Origin: a virus
Taxonomy: Duplodnaviria; Caudoviricetes
Direction: 5' to 3' (one strand)
Length of the DNA: 53,797 nt
IMG/VR virus record: IMGVR_UViG_3300020469_003502
Location: 1 to 53,797 of that record
Shown here: one piece after another, positions 1-10,600 of the stretch
Layout of the letters: the number at the start of each line of letters is the position of its first letter
Numbering within the stretch: the first letter of the stretch is position 1
Made by a program: the position numbers and the translations under genes
Notes under the pieces: generated by a model
What the model saw: the letters and a program-made list of their open reading frames with translations, nothing else
The model's database searches: none
Told to the model about the DNA's origin: nothing

Positions 1-629
1 GATAACTGTAACAGTGCATGACTACGCATTTCATCTACATAAGTGTATCCACGCCAATTGCTACGCATACTGTATCGTTCACACAGTTTAATAAACATCT
101 TTGCTAGATTATTGCTAACAGATCCATGCTGTACATTAAACTTTCCATTATCAAATCCACCTTCCCAATGACTGCGAACTACTTCTGTTAGTTTGCCGTC
201 TTTGTAAGCAAGGTGTTTGAATGGTGGAAAATTACATTTTGCATGATGATCAGCAGTTGTTTTTGGTTTGCTTTTTCTACCTGGCTCTAATGGTACATGT
301 TCAAATGTCATTAATCTAAAAATTAAATCTTGTTCGTTTATTGTGTCTGGACTTATCTTATAGTTGATCTGTTTTGGTTTTTGGCTAGCTTTTCTACTAG
401 TCTCTCCATGCCAGGCCCAATAAGCATCTTCATATGCCTGATTGCTTAACTGAGCGGCTCTATTTTCTTTTGCTAACTGAATTATTTCTTCGTTGTTTAT
501 ATGTTCGATATCTTCAACAATTACATCAAATCTTGTGTAATCATCATCAACAACACTACAAAAACTTAATTTGCTTTTGTGTATTTCTTTCAACATGTCT
601 TTGTTGTTTAAATAATTTTGTTTCCTCAT
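1..629 (-). CDS. gp55: T4 gp55-like late-transcription sigma factor, 3'-truncated by the window edge and absent from the ORF track
   Basis: Manual translation from ATG 629 (AAGGA RBS): MRKQNYLNNKDMLKEIHKSK...LAKMFIKLCERYSMRSNWRGYTYVDEMRSHALLQL, open to position 1. The NYxNNK and GYTYxDEM motifs are typical of gp55-family proteins. Confidence 0.75.
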   Translation of the reverse strand, partial: MRKQNYLNNKDMLKEIHKSKLSFCSVVDDDYTRFDVIVEDIEHINNEEIIQLAKENRAAQLSNQAYEDAYWAWHGETSRKASQKPKQINYKISPDTINEQDLIFRLMTFEHVPLEPGRKSKPKTTADHHAKCNFPPFKHLAYKDGKLTEVVRSHWEGGFDNGKFNVQHGSVSNNLAKMFIKLCERYSMRSNWRGYTYVDEMRSHALLQL

Positions 630-651
630 TGTTATTCCTTTAATTTCTAAT

Positions 652-680
652 AGTATATGCTCGATATTACGATATGTCAA
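652..680 (-). promoter_or_regulatory. sigma70-type promoter for the late sigma gene
   Basis: Minus-strand TTGACA (680-675), 17-bp spacer, TATACT (657-652), about 22 nt upstream of ATG 629. Confidence 0.7.
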
Positions 681-701
681 TAACTACCCATTTATTTCTA
701 C

Positions 702-709
702 TATAAATA
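702..709 (+). promoter_or_regulatory. T4-type late promoter TATAAATA
   Basis: Exact T4 late consensus in an intergenic gap, followed by AGGAG RBS and ATG 728. Confidence 0.7.
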
Positions 710-727
710 TAACTATAGGAGATCATA

Positions 728-1312
728 ATGAAATATGCACAATTGACAGAAGACGTAGCTACAGACATTGCTGTGTTTTATGGCGGGAGATTTCAGCCTA
801 TGCATAAAGGTCATCATAAAGTCTATATGGATCTGGTGGAACAGTTTGGTTCCTCTAATGTATTTATCGCTACTACAGTTAGCAAAACTGCTACACCTGA
901 GCGTGATCCGTTCAGCTTTGATGAAAAGAAACAAATTATGAATAGTATGTTTAACATACCAATAGATAAAGTTGTTCAAACACAACCTTACAGACCAGAC
1001 GTAACAATGACCGGAAAAGATCCAAACAAAACCGCAGTAGTACTAGTTTTCAGTGCCAAAGACGCTGGTAGATTAAAGCGTGGAGGTTTCCTCAGAGATT
1101 ACGAACCTGGTGTTGAAATGGTACCTAGTGACCAAGGAGCATACATTTATGAAGTGCCAATACAAGAAGGTGGTATGAGTGCAACCGACTTTAGAACAGT
1201 AATGAAAAATGATAGTTTAAATGATAATCAAAAGATGATGCAGTTTAGAGAATTTTTTGGCAGTATTAATCCTGAGATGTTTGCTTTTATAAAGGACAAA
1301 TTAAATGCCTGA
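728..1312 (+). CDS. Cytidyltransferase-like (HxGH) nucleotidyltransferase
   Basis: YGGRFQPMHKGH motif, DPFSFDEK and C-terminal MSATDFR (KMSKS-like). Confidence 0.8.
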   Translation: MKYAQLTEDVATDIAVFYGGRFQPMHKGHHKVYMDLVEQFGSSNVFIATTVSKTATPERDPFSFDEKKQIMNSMFNIPIDKVVQTQPYRPDVTMTGKDPNKTAVVLVFSAKDAGRLKRGGFLRDYEPGVEMVPSDQGAYIYEVPIQEGGMSATDFRTVMKNDSLNDNQKMMQFREFFGSINPEMFAFIKDKLNA

Positions 1313-1928
1313 AGCACAAGGAATTAAAGCTGACAATAGAGCACTGCTACAACTTAAACCAGGAGCGATTGGAACTTATATAACGGGTAACGATCTACTT
1401 CGTCCTTTACAACCTCACAGAGGTATAATGTTTCCTTATCAGCCTGACATTACATTTAGTCAGAGTGTAAGCTACAGTCCATATGATATGACACATACAA
1501 ATTATACATTTAACGCATACAGAAACACGCCCAGTCCGAGCATACAAATGAATGCACAATTTGCAAGTGTAACAGCAGAAGAAGGCAGATATACATTAGC
1601 TTGTATACATTTTTTGAGAAGTGTATCTAAGATGTTTTTTGGTATAAACGATTTAGCAGGTTCGCCTAAAGCTGGTACTCCGCCACCTGTTTTAGTTTTT
1701 AGTGCATTTGGCCCACAGTCATTTAATAGAGTACCTGTAGTAGTTACAGCGTTTAGCACCAACTATGACAGTCAAACTGATCTTAAAGATATAGACGGAA
1801 CCAATCTTCCTGTGTTAATGAATATGTTTGTTGAATTAAGTATTCAGCAGAATCCAGACAGACAGAAGAATGTTTACAGTACAAGCGGTTTTATAAACGG
1901 TAGTATGTACAAAGAAGGATTCATTTAA
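1305..1928 (+). CDS. Putative baseplate/tail-tube initiator protein (gp48/gp54-like)
   Basis: FPYQPDI...PPPVLVFSAFG...PVVVTAFS pattern of tube-fold initiators; lies immediately before the gp53-like gene. Confidence 0.5.
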   Translation: MPEAQGIKADNRALLQLKPGAIGTYITGNDLLRPLQPHRGIMFPYQPDITFSQSVSYSPYDMTHTNYTFNAYRNTPSPSIQMNAQFASVTAEEGRYTLACIHFLRSVSKMFFGINDLAGSPKAGTPPPVLVFSAFGPQSFNRVPVVVTAFSTNYDSQTDLKDIDGTNLPVLMNMFVELSIQQNPDRQKNVYSTSGFINGSMYKEGFI

Positions 1929-2227
1929 TGCTAAAATATCGAAACAGTAGTAACTATGCCAATACAGTAGTAAACAGAAAGTTTTTAGAATTATATAATC
2001 CGACTATTAATATAGACAATCTAAGTGATAGAACAATTTCAATGACACTACAATCAAAATATGATAGACGACCTGACTTACTAGCACAAGACATGTATGG
2101 AAACAGTAGACTATGGTGGGTGTTTGCACACTATAATAGAGATAAACTAAGAGATCCTATAATGGATTTTAAAGCAGGATTAGAGATAGAAGCTCCAAAA
2201 GAATACAAGCCATCAGGGGTTAACTAA
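1928..2227 (+). CDS. gp53: Baseplate wedge protein, T4 gp53/LysM-like
   Basis: RPDLLAQDMYGNSRLWWVFAHYN signature. Confidence 0.8.
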   Translation: MLKYRNSSNYANTVVNRKFLELYNPTINIDNLSDRTISMTLQSKYDRRPDLLAQDMYGNSRLWWVFAHYNRDKLRDPIMDFKAGLEIEAPKEYKPSGVN

Positions 2228-5010
2228 TGCCGCCACCAGGATATAAAGATAGACGAAAGTTCACTGAATACTATCAAGACAATGTTTTAAACAAATACGA
2301 TTCCTATACCTACAAGTGGAAGATGATGATGGTACATCCGGATCAAGCACATCAGTTTGAAGAGCTTGCCAAACCAGATTCAGATAGAGTTGTAGTAATG
2401 GCTGAATCAGGTGTTGAAGCAGAGATCAATATACAAGGTGTAAACCAATCCTTAGTACTAGCATTCAAAAAGAACAGAGACAGAAGTGGCTTAGCTAATA
2501 TGTTTTCGTTCAATTTAGTTGAGCCAGGCGGCGCAACATTTTTTAACAGAATAATATTAGCCGCAAATAGATTAGGAATAGAAAATCATCTACATGCATG
2601 TTATCTATTAGAACTTAAATTTATAGGATATAATCCAGACGGCACAGTTGACGAAGATATGGTTGGACCATTTTACTATGTTTGTTCAATGACTGGACTA
2701 ACATTTGATTATACAGATGGTGCTACATCATATAGAGCAGATCTAATTGAAACACATCAAGAAGCATTTAAGCCTCAAAATTTGCATTTAAAGCAAGATA
2801 TGGGTACGTTTAGTGCAAGCACATTTGGTGAATTTTTACAAATATTTCAAGAAAGATTAATGGAACAAGAAAGAGGTAGAGTAGCAAGAAATCCTCAGCA
2901 ATCATATCCAACTGAATACAAGTTTGGAGTAGACGACGGTGATGAAGAATGGCTAAAGTGGGAATTTGGTTCAAGTGCTCAAGGCGGTTCAAGCACAGAC
3001 CTTGGAGGCACAAGTGTTACAGGTAATGGAACACTGTCATTTACATTTGAAAAAGGAACCGCAGTAAGTGATGCTATTATTGTTGCACTACTGCACACAG
3101 ATAACATGAGAAAACTTCCAACTGCAAAAGGAGGATTTCACAAAGATGCCGCAACTGATGGACAAGCTAAACCACAAACATTTGCAAATCTGAGCAAGTG
3201 GTACGTTTTTCGCACAGAGACAAAATATCTATTTTATGACTTTGTAAGCAAACGATATCAAAAAGAAATTACATACAAGATGAAATCTCATGTAGTATCT
3301 GAGCTTGTACATGATCCTGTAAGCTTCAATGATGTTGTGAAAAATCCTAGTCTACAAAAACAACGTATCGGTGAAATTTTTAGGAACGGATATCTAGCAA
3401 AAAGATTTGATTATACCTATACTGGATTAAACACAGAGGTGTTAAATTTAGACATCAGTCTGCAAAATACTTACTTTCAATTACAAGCATTGAATCACGG
3501 TCATATGCTGTCGAGAATTCAAAATGTATCTGCAGAAGGCGGACCTAACGAACAGTTGAACCTGTTAAAAGGACAACTAGATGACCTAACAAATCAAATG
3601 AGAAAACTTAATGGTGAAGTTGCAAAACAACAATCAGAGTTAGAAAAAATAGATAACCTTGTCGGAAGTGGAATGTCTCCTGGTAGGATTCAAGCACAAT
3701 ACGGCAATCAAGATGCTCTATCAGGCAGAAGAGCTGATCTACAAACTAGCATTACACAAAAGCAATTAGAAACAAAAAGACTAGCAGAAAAATTTTCTAA
3801 AACAGAAAAACTTTGGAACAACGAATATAACGAAAGAATATCTCAAGGAACCGCTAGACAGTTAAGTCCTGTTGCAAAGCGTTACATTACACAAAGTGAA
3901 TTACTCGGCGGCACACAACCCGAAGATTCAGCAAATGTTTTACCATTGACTTTTGACCAAAATCAAATAAAATCTAAAGCTACAGGAGATGCAACACCAG
4001 ACAGTAAAAACCAAGGTGCTTTTATGTTAGGTGCTGTAGAAATTAATTTAAATTCGCTTGCAGATTTAGTACAACAAATGATTACAATAAGAGGAGACCC
4101 TTATTGGTTAGGTGCACCTAAAGGTATGAGAACAAGCACTGAAGGAGCAAACTACGCTACTGGAGGAGTTCATTACTTTTTAAATCTTAATTTTCCTACC
4201 TATCCTAATCAAGAGTCGGGACTTATGGATGTTGCTGAACAAAATTTTGGCATAATTGGAATGTATAGAGTAACAAGAGTAGATGCAACCTACAGTGATG
4301 GTCAATTTACAATGACACTACAATCATTCAGAGATGTCAACACCAATGTAGGTTTTACAATTGACGAACTTATGAGTGGGCGGGTAGAAAATACTAGTAT
4401 AAGAAGCCAAGCTGACCAATATAAGAATCAAGAAGAAAAAACTGATAACGGTGATGGTGAAGACAATCAAGCAGTAATAGAAGAATCAACTGGTGATCAA
4501 TCTGATCTAGGTCCCGTAGATGGATTAAATGGAGGTGCGTCTGGCACGTATTCAGAAGATCAATCAACTATTGCAGGAATTAGAAAGAACCCTGTTGCTT
4601 CGGATCTAGCACAGATGTTAACAAATGTAGCGGCTGAAACAGGAGTAGATATACAAGTACGCAGTGGCGGACAAGATGATACAACTGGCAGACCGGCTGG
4701 TGCAAGCAATAGACATACCAACGGACATGCGGCAGATGTTGCATTGTATATAGGAACCGGAGCAAATAGAAGAAGACTAGACTCTTCAAAAACTGAGGAT
4801 TTACCTTATATCCAAGCAGTTTTTGAATCAGCTAGAAAACAAGGTGTAACAGGATTTGGAGCAGGCAACGGTTACATGGGCAACAATGTTTTCCACTTGG
4901 ATAATGCGGCTAAGTACGGACAAGGAACTGTAGCTGTTTGGGGAGGATATGCTAAAAGACGTGTAACAGCTCCACAGTGGTTACAAACATTTGGGAAAAA
5001 ATTAACATGA
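2227..5010 (+). CDS. Putative baseplate hub protein with coiled-coil insert and C-terminal peptidase M15-like (LAS) domain
   Basis: Between gp53 and gp5. Hub-like ITIRGDPYWL...GMYRVTRVDATYSDGQFTMTL. C-terminal SGG...RHTNGHAAD...FHLD Zn motif. Confidence 0.6.
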   Translation: MPPPGYKDRRKFTEYYQDNVLNKYDSYTYKWKMMMVHPDQAHQFEELAKPDSDRVVVMAESGVEAEINIQGVNQSLVLAFKKNRDRSGLANMFSFNLVEPGGATFFNRIILAANRLGIENHLHACYLLELKFIGYNPDGTVDEDMVGPFYYVCSMTGLTFDYTDGATSYRADLIETHQEAFKPQNLHLKQDMGTFSASTFGEFLQIFQERLMEQERGRVARNPQQSYPTEYKFGVDDGDEEWLKWEFGSSAQGGSSTDLGGTSVTGNGTLSFTFEKGTAVSDAIIVALLHTDNMRKLPTAKGGFHKDAATDGQAKPQTFANLSKWYVFRTETKYLFYDFVSKRYQKEITYKMKSHVVSELVHDPVSFNDVVKNPSLQKQRIGEIFRNGYLAKRFDYTYTGLNTEVLNLDISLQNTYFQLQALNHGHMLSRIQNVSAEGGPNEQLNLLKGQLDDLTNQMRKLNGEVAKQQSELEKIDNLVGSGMSPGRIQAQYGNQDALSGRRADLQTSITQKQLETKRLAEKFSKTEKLWNNEYNERISQGTARQLSPVAKRYITQSELLGGTQPEDSANVLPLTFDQNQIKSKATGDATPDSKNQGAFMLGAVEINLNSLADLVQQMITIRGDPYWLGAPKGMRTSTEGANYATGGVHYFLNLNFPTYPNQESGLMDVAEQNFGIIGMYRVTRVDATYSDGQFTMTLQSFRDVNTNVGFTIDELMSGRVENTSIRSQADQYKNQEEKTDNGDGEDNQAVIEESTGDQSDLGPVDGLNGGASGTYSEDQSTIAGIRKNPVASDLAQMLTNVAAETGVDIQVRSGGQDDTTGRPAGASNRHTNGHAADVALYIGTGANRRRLDSSKTEDLPYIQAVFESARKQGVTGFGAGNGYMGNNVFHLDNAAKYGQGTVAVWGGYAKRRVTAPQWLQTFGKKLT

Positions 5011-6392
5011 CAGATAATTTAAATAAACCTGGATTTACTACACAAGCACCAAAAGCATTTACAGATGAACCAATTGCTGGTTTGAATCCATACAGAGGTG
5101 TAAAACTTGCAACTGTGGTCGATGTTGTAGACGACAGATACGAAGGTTATATGTATGTAGATATGGTTGGTAGCGGAAGATTAGGAAAAGTAGACAGCAA
5201 AGAGGAAAGACAAAAATACACAAGAGTAAGACGTTTACAACCTTATGGTGGTTCTTACCAAGCTAGCGATCATACTAGAAGTTATGGTATGAATAGTCAT
5301 CCTCCTGCTCCTGGTACAGAAGTATTGGTTGCGTTTACAGGACATGATCAAGAAGGTATAATCATAGGCGTTTTACCTGATGCAACAAGAAATAGTAGTT
5401 TTCCAGACAATGCAGTTAGTTTTGTAGAAGGTGAATCAAAATCAGCTGGACCTACATTTGATGCTGGAGTGCAAAAAACACAAGAAAAGAATTCAAGACC
5501 CAGACATCCTCTTGCTGGTACATTAGGAAAACAAGGACTAGGACTTGACAGTGTAAGAGGTTTGAGCAGTAGTAGTGCAAGAAGAGAATCTCCTAGTAAT
5601 GTATTTGGGTTTAATACTCCGACTGGGCATAGTTTTGTTATGGATGATGGCACAGTTAGTAAAAGCGATCAAAGTTTAGCACCAGATGAAAGTAGAGAAG
5701 CTGGCGATAGTAACCTCGTAAGATTACGCAGTGCTGGTGGTGCTCAAATGCTGTTCAATGACACAGCAGGTATAGTATATGTAATCAATCAAGCAGGTAA
5801 CAGTTGGGTTCAGCTCAGTGCTGATGGTAAAATAGACATTTACAGTAGCGGTGATATCAGTATGCACACAGAAAATGATATGAACATGCATGTAGGAGGA
5901 GACTTTTCTTTAGATGCAGATGCTGTTAATATCAAAGCAAGAGGCAGTGACGGAATTCAATTAGAAACAGCAACAGGTGAATTTAATTTACACTCAAACA
6001 AAGATATCAAACTTACAACTGATTTGAATATGCATTTAAAAGCTGTTGGTAATAGTAGAACCACTGCCGCACTAATAGATTTAAACGGCCCTACAGCATC
6101 AGAAGCTTCTAAGACTACAAACAACAATATAAGTGTTAATAGAACTGTAAAACAAAGTATTACAAGTAGAGTTCCAGAAGCAGAACCTTGGGGAGGACAT
6201 ACAGAACAACAAACTAAAATTGCAAGTGCCGCCAGCAGTGATTTAAATCTAGCAGGTAAAGACATAGACATGTCAAAGGTAGAAAATAATAATCAAAATG
6301 CTCCTAATAATCCAAAAAGCAGTACTACTCAAACTGGAGGATATGAAAAACCTAATAGGAATACCAATCCAAGAAATGGGAGTGCGTTTTAA
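5007..6392 (+). CDS. gp5: Baseplate central spike, gp5/VgrG-like (OB fold plus beta-helix)
   Basis: ATVVDVVD...PPAPGTEVLVAF OB fold, TPTGHSFVMDDG and repeated short beta strands. The start ATG 5007 overlaps the upstream TGA (ATGA). Confidence 0.75.
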   Translation: MTDNLNKPGFTTQAPKAFTDEPIAGLNPYRGVKLATVVDVVDDRYEGYMYVDMVGSGRLGKVDSKEERQKYTRVRRLQPYGGSYQASDHTRSYGMNSHPPAPGTEVLVAFTGHDQEGIIIGVLPDATRNSSFPDNAVSFVEGESKSAGPTFDAGVQKTQEKNSRPRHPLAGTLGKQGLGLDSVRGLSSSSARRESPSNVFGFNTPTGHSFVMDDGTVSKSDQSLAPDESREAGDSNLVRLRSAGGAQMLFNDTAGIVYVINQAGNSWVQLSADGKIDIYSSGDISMHTENDMNMHVGGDFSLDADAVNIKARGSDGIQLETATGEFNLHSNKDIKLTTDLNMHLKAVGNSRTTAALIDLNGPTASEASKTTNNNISVNRTVKQSITSRVPEAEPWGGHTEQQTKIASAASSDLNLAGKDIDMSKVENNNQNAPNNPKSSTTQTGGYEKPNRNTNPRNGSAF

Positions 6393-7291
6393 TGACCTTA
6401 GATATTGTAGCAAGGCGTTATCAAACCGTATGGGATGACTTTGTGGTACAAAGTCATCATTTGTATCATACACAATTAGAAATAGATAGCGTAAATGCAA
6501 GTGATACATGCGAATCTATTGCACTTAACTTTGCTAGATATATAGGTTATAATGGGTTTGCTTATGGAGAAAGTAGTGTAGATACTGGCATAACTGAACA
6601 ACAAGCATATGATGCGTGGATAACAGAATTTAATAAACAACAAAAACTAGTAAAAGATCAACTCGAAGCAAATGGAATAAAACTGATTAGTCAAAGTGTT
6701 TTCGACGGCATTGTTTTATTAAATTGGGCTACGGGTAAAATATTTTATGTAGATGCAGTAGAAGGACAATACAATTTATTATCACATCTCAAAGCAAAAG
6801 CGTATGACACAGTAGCTGATATGATAAAACGCAGTGACATAAACAATGAAAAATGTATTAAAGCGGCTACAGTACTACGTCTTGCAGACTATGGTAAAAC
6901 AAAAAATAGATCATGGATGAGAACAAATGGCATATACAATATGCGAGATCAAAATGAAAAAAATCTACTTACAGACAGTGAATTAAGAAAAGCAAGGTAT
7001 GCATACTATGCTGAAACACTTAAATTTTTACCTTTTACCCCAGAAGGTGTAAAACGTGACATATCAAACAATTACACTCGGTCATTAATTAGACAAACTT
7101 TTACATATAGCGGTACGACTACGTTTACACTAAACAAAACACCTAGTATGACACCAGTAGAAAAGCTACAAGTAATTGTAAATGGAGACATTATACAACA
7201 CTTATTTGACTTCACAGTAAGCGGAACAACACTTACAATTACCAAAACGTTACAAACAGACGATTTAATTGAAACTATTGTTAAAATATAA
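6392..7291 (+). CDS. Lysozyme-like (GH24-like, degenerate) baseplate protein with C-terminal adaptor beta-domain
   Basis: GITEQQA and SQSVFDGIVLLNWATG resemble the GH24 QxQFDALVSFxFNxG motif. Lies between gp5 and gp25. Confidence 0.5.
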   Translation: MTLDIVARRYQTVWDDFVVQSHHLYHTQLEIDSVNASDTCESIALNFARYIGYNGFAYGESSVDTGITEQQAYDAWITEFNKQQKLVKDQLEANGIKLISQSVFDGIVLLNWATGKIFYVDAVEGQYNLLSHLKAKAYDTVADMIKRSDINNEKCIKAATVLRLADYGKTKNRSWMRTNGIYNMRDQNEKNLLTDSELRKARYAYYAETLKFLPFTPEGVKRDISNNYTRSLIRQTFTYSGTTTFTLNKTPSMTPVEKLQVIVNGDIIQHLFDFTVSGTTLTITKTLQTDDLIETIVKI

Positions 7292-7310
7292 ACTGAGTAG
7301 TTAATTTTGC

Positions 7311-7318
7311 AATAAATA
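7311..7318 (+). promoter_or_regulatory. Late promoter variant AATAAATA
   Basis: 7/8 match to TATAAATA in the 32-bp gap, 5 nt before ATG 7324; no RBS, so the mRNA may be near-leaderless. Confidence 0.5.
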
Positions 7319-7323
7319 TTAGT

Positions 7324-7689
7324 ATGGTAACTTATATAGGATATAGCAGTGTAGATCAAACAATCAGCAGTAAACGTCTTGAAGATGTTGATATTGCTAA
7401 AAGGGATCTAATGAATCATTTGCAAACTCGTAAAGGCGAAAGAGTTATGAATCCAAAGTTTGGTAGCATACTACCAGAATTAGTGTTCGAACCTTTGGAT
7501 ATCGCCACACAACAAGATGCATTACAGGATATAACAGAAATTGTAAACAATGATCCAAGATGGAAATACATAGAAGCTATCCTTGATAAAACAGGCGAAC
7601 ATTCTTTAGAAGTTCGTGTACGATTAGAATATATTGATACAGGAACAGCAGAAGAACTGTTTCTTACATACACAGGTGAGCAAGTATAA
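7324..7689 (+). CDS. gp25: Baseplate wedge subunit gp25 / sheath initiator
   Basis: TRKGERVMNPKFGS...FEP...DPR signature. Confidence 0.9.
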   Translation: MVTYIGYSSVDQTISSKRLEDVDIAKRDLMNHLQTRKGERVMNPKFGSILPELVFEPLDIATQQDALQDITEIVNNDPRWKYIEAILDKTGEHSLEVRVRLEYIDTGTAEELFLTYTGEQV

Positions 7690-10600
7690 TGGCACAAGGC
7701 GCAAGACAAAGTAGTTTATTTGCCGCAGAAGACTTCAGCGTTGTATACGAAAGTTTCAGCGAAGCAAACTTCCAAGCATATGATTATGAAACCATAAGAA
7801 ATGCAATGGTAGACTACATAAACAAAAACTATCCAGAGAATTACAATGACTGGATCAATTCAAGTGAATTTGTAAGTTTAATAGAACTTATGGCATTTCT
7901 AGGACATAACTTAGCATTTAGAGCAGACCTAGCAAGTAGAGAAAATTATCTTAGTACAGCAGAACGCAGAGATAGCGCCTTACGCATTGCTGAATTTTTG
8001 GGATACACACCTACAAGAAATGTTGTTGCTAGTGGTTATCTTAAAATTGATAGTGTAAAAACAAACGAAAATGTATTTGACGCAGGTGGACAAAGTTTAG
8101 CTAATACTAGTGTACAATTTGACGACAGTTCAGATCCAAATAGTTATCAAAACTTTTTAACAATTATGAATGCAATATTTCAATCAAGTAGTCAGTTTGG
8201 TTCGCCTTACAGTAAGTTTAGTACTAGTGGTGCAAGCAATGAGATATACAGAACAAACAGTATTGCAAATATTGCAGTAAGAAATTTTCAAAATTTAGTA
8301 AACAATAAAAGCACATCTTTTAGTTTTCACAGTGTAAAAGCAAATACTGCAAGTCAAGTACTTGAAGAGAAAACACCAGATCCTTATGGTGTAATAGATT
8401 TATTATATAGAAATGACAACAGTGGTAATACAAGTTCAAACACAGGATTCTTTGTAGGATTTAAACAAGGTAGTTTAGAATATCAAGACTTTACCATTGA
8501 TGAAGGTATCTCAAACATTGTGCTTGATATAAACTCTGACAATGTTGCAAGTGGTAATGTATGGGTACAAACAATTGACGAAGTTGGCACAGTGCAAAAA
8601 AGTTGGACAAGAGTAGACAAACAGTTTGGTGCTAATACTATATTCAATGCAAGATCTAATAATATCAGAGATGTCTATACTATTGCAAGTAGAGAAAATG
8701 ATCAAATTAGTATTGTATTTGGAGATGGTAACTTTGGAAATATACCACGTGGTATAATTAGAGTTTGGTATAGAACAGGATTAAACCTAACATATACACT
8801 TCAACCTAGTAGCTTCAACAACACAAATTTAATTGTAGAATATGTTGGAAGTGATGGAAACAATTATAATGCAACTTTTATCTGTAGTTTAAAATCAAAC
8901 GTGACTAATGCAAGCGAACGTGAAAGTATTACAAGCATAAAAGCAAATGCTCCAAGATATTTTTCAACACAGGATAGAATGGTAACAGCAGATGATTACA
9001 GTATTTTTCCAGTTACAGTAAGTGAAAATATTAGTAAGATTAAAAGTGTTAATAGAGTTCATAGTGGACACAGCAGATTCAGAGATATATACGATCCGAC
9101 TGCAACATACAATGATGCAACACAGTATACTGATGATGCTTATGTTTATGAAAACAATGTAACCAATAGAAGTTTAATTAGTATGCCCAGCACACTAACA
9201 GGTGCACAAATTTATGATTTACACATTAAACCTTTGTTAAGCAATCCTGAACTTAAAAACTTCTATTACAATAGACAAGGATATACTAGTACTGGATATA
9301 ACAGTCAGAGTGATTTTAATAACACAACTGACGGAATTACAGTTGTAAATTCTACACTCAATGATGAAACAAATGTATTTCGTTGGAACCAAGTAACCAA
9401 AGGCGCAAACGGCTGTAGTGGATATTTTACTTACAACACAGGCGGCACAGTTTATGTGCAAAGAGTAGGACTTACTCAGACCAACAGTTTGAAAAAAGCA
9501 AGTTTAAACAGCCTAGTAGAATTTATTAGCACACCTTTTAAAACAGGTTACATCAGTGCAATTACTAGAGTAGCAGGAGGTAGCGGATATACTAGTGCTC
9601 CAACTGTAACTATTAGTGGCAGTGGCACAGGTGCTACAGCTACAGCGGTTGTACAGTCCGGTGCAGTTGACCACATTGTTGTAAACAACAGCGGAAGCGG
9701 ATATGATGAAAATACTATTGTTACTATTTCCGGTGGCGGTGGTTCAAGTGCTACAGCAACAATCACAGTATTAGATGCTCCAACACAATGGGTTAAAATA
9801 GATAGACTGTACAAAGACGGTATAGGAGATGATGATAGTGCTGGTGCTCCTACTGGTTTAGATAACGCAGGTAAAGGTGCAGTAGTACTAAGTGGAATAA
9901 TAAATGCAGGAGCAAGAGTCAACAGAATTGTTCCTGTAATTAATACTGACTTGGATAAAACTACAAAAGCAGATGTAGTTAGTAAAATAAATGCACAAAA
10001 TAGTTTTGCACTAAGATATGATGCTAATGCACAGCTATGGAAAGTAATTGAAACATCAAATATTCCTGCTAATACCATAGCAAATAACGTAGCAACTCAG
10101 TGGAGTAGACAGTACGAAGCAGACAATTCAGCTACAGGAAGAGATAACAGTTGGCTGATAAGATTAAACTACAGCTCAACACAATGGGAAGTACTCACAA
10201 GAAGAACACAAATGGTTTTCGGAAGTACACAAAAATTAAAGTTTGGTAACTTAAACTTCAATGAAACATTTAGCAGTGAAACACAAAAACCACAAAGAGA
10301 TTGTTTAAAAGTATTGAGTATGAATAAGACTACTGATACAAATGCAACACCACTAGGCAAAGATTACAAGTTCAATGTATTTGGATACTTCACATACCAA
10401 GATGGTTATACAGATCCACACAATGTTAGAGTAACAGTTGCTGATCCAGAAAACAGCGACTACCCAACTGATCCAGAAAGTTTTAACAAGGTGCTTGCTG
10501 GACAAACAATTAAGTTGGGTACAAAAACAGTTGACGGATTCGATTACACAGTATATGATTCAAACGGTACAACTACTGTAAATGGTAAAGCAAATTTACA

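Noticed and set aside
434-643. 69-aa plus-strand ORF
   Set aside because: Antisense shadow of the minus-strand gp55-like gene, which has an RBS, a promoter and family motifs.
9548-10078. 176-aa minus-strand ORF, and similar ones at 17734-18114 and 18589-19149
   Set aside because: Antisense to Thr/Ser/Ala-rich coding sequence; no motifs; expected from codon bias.
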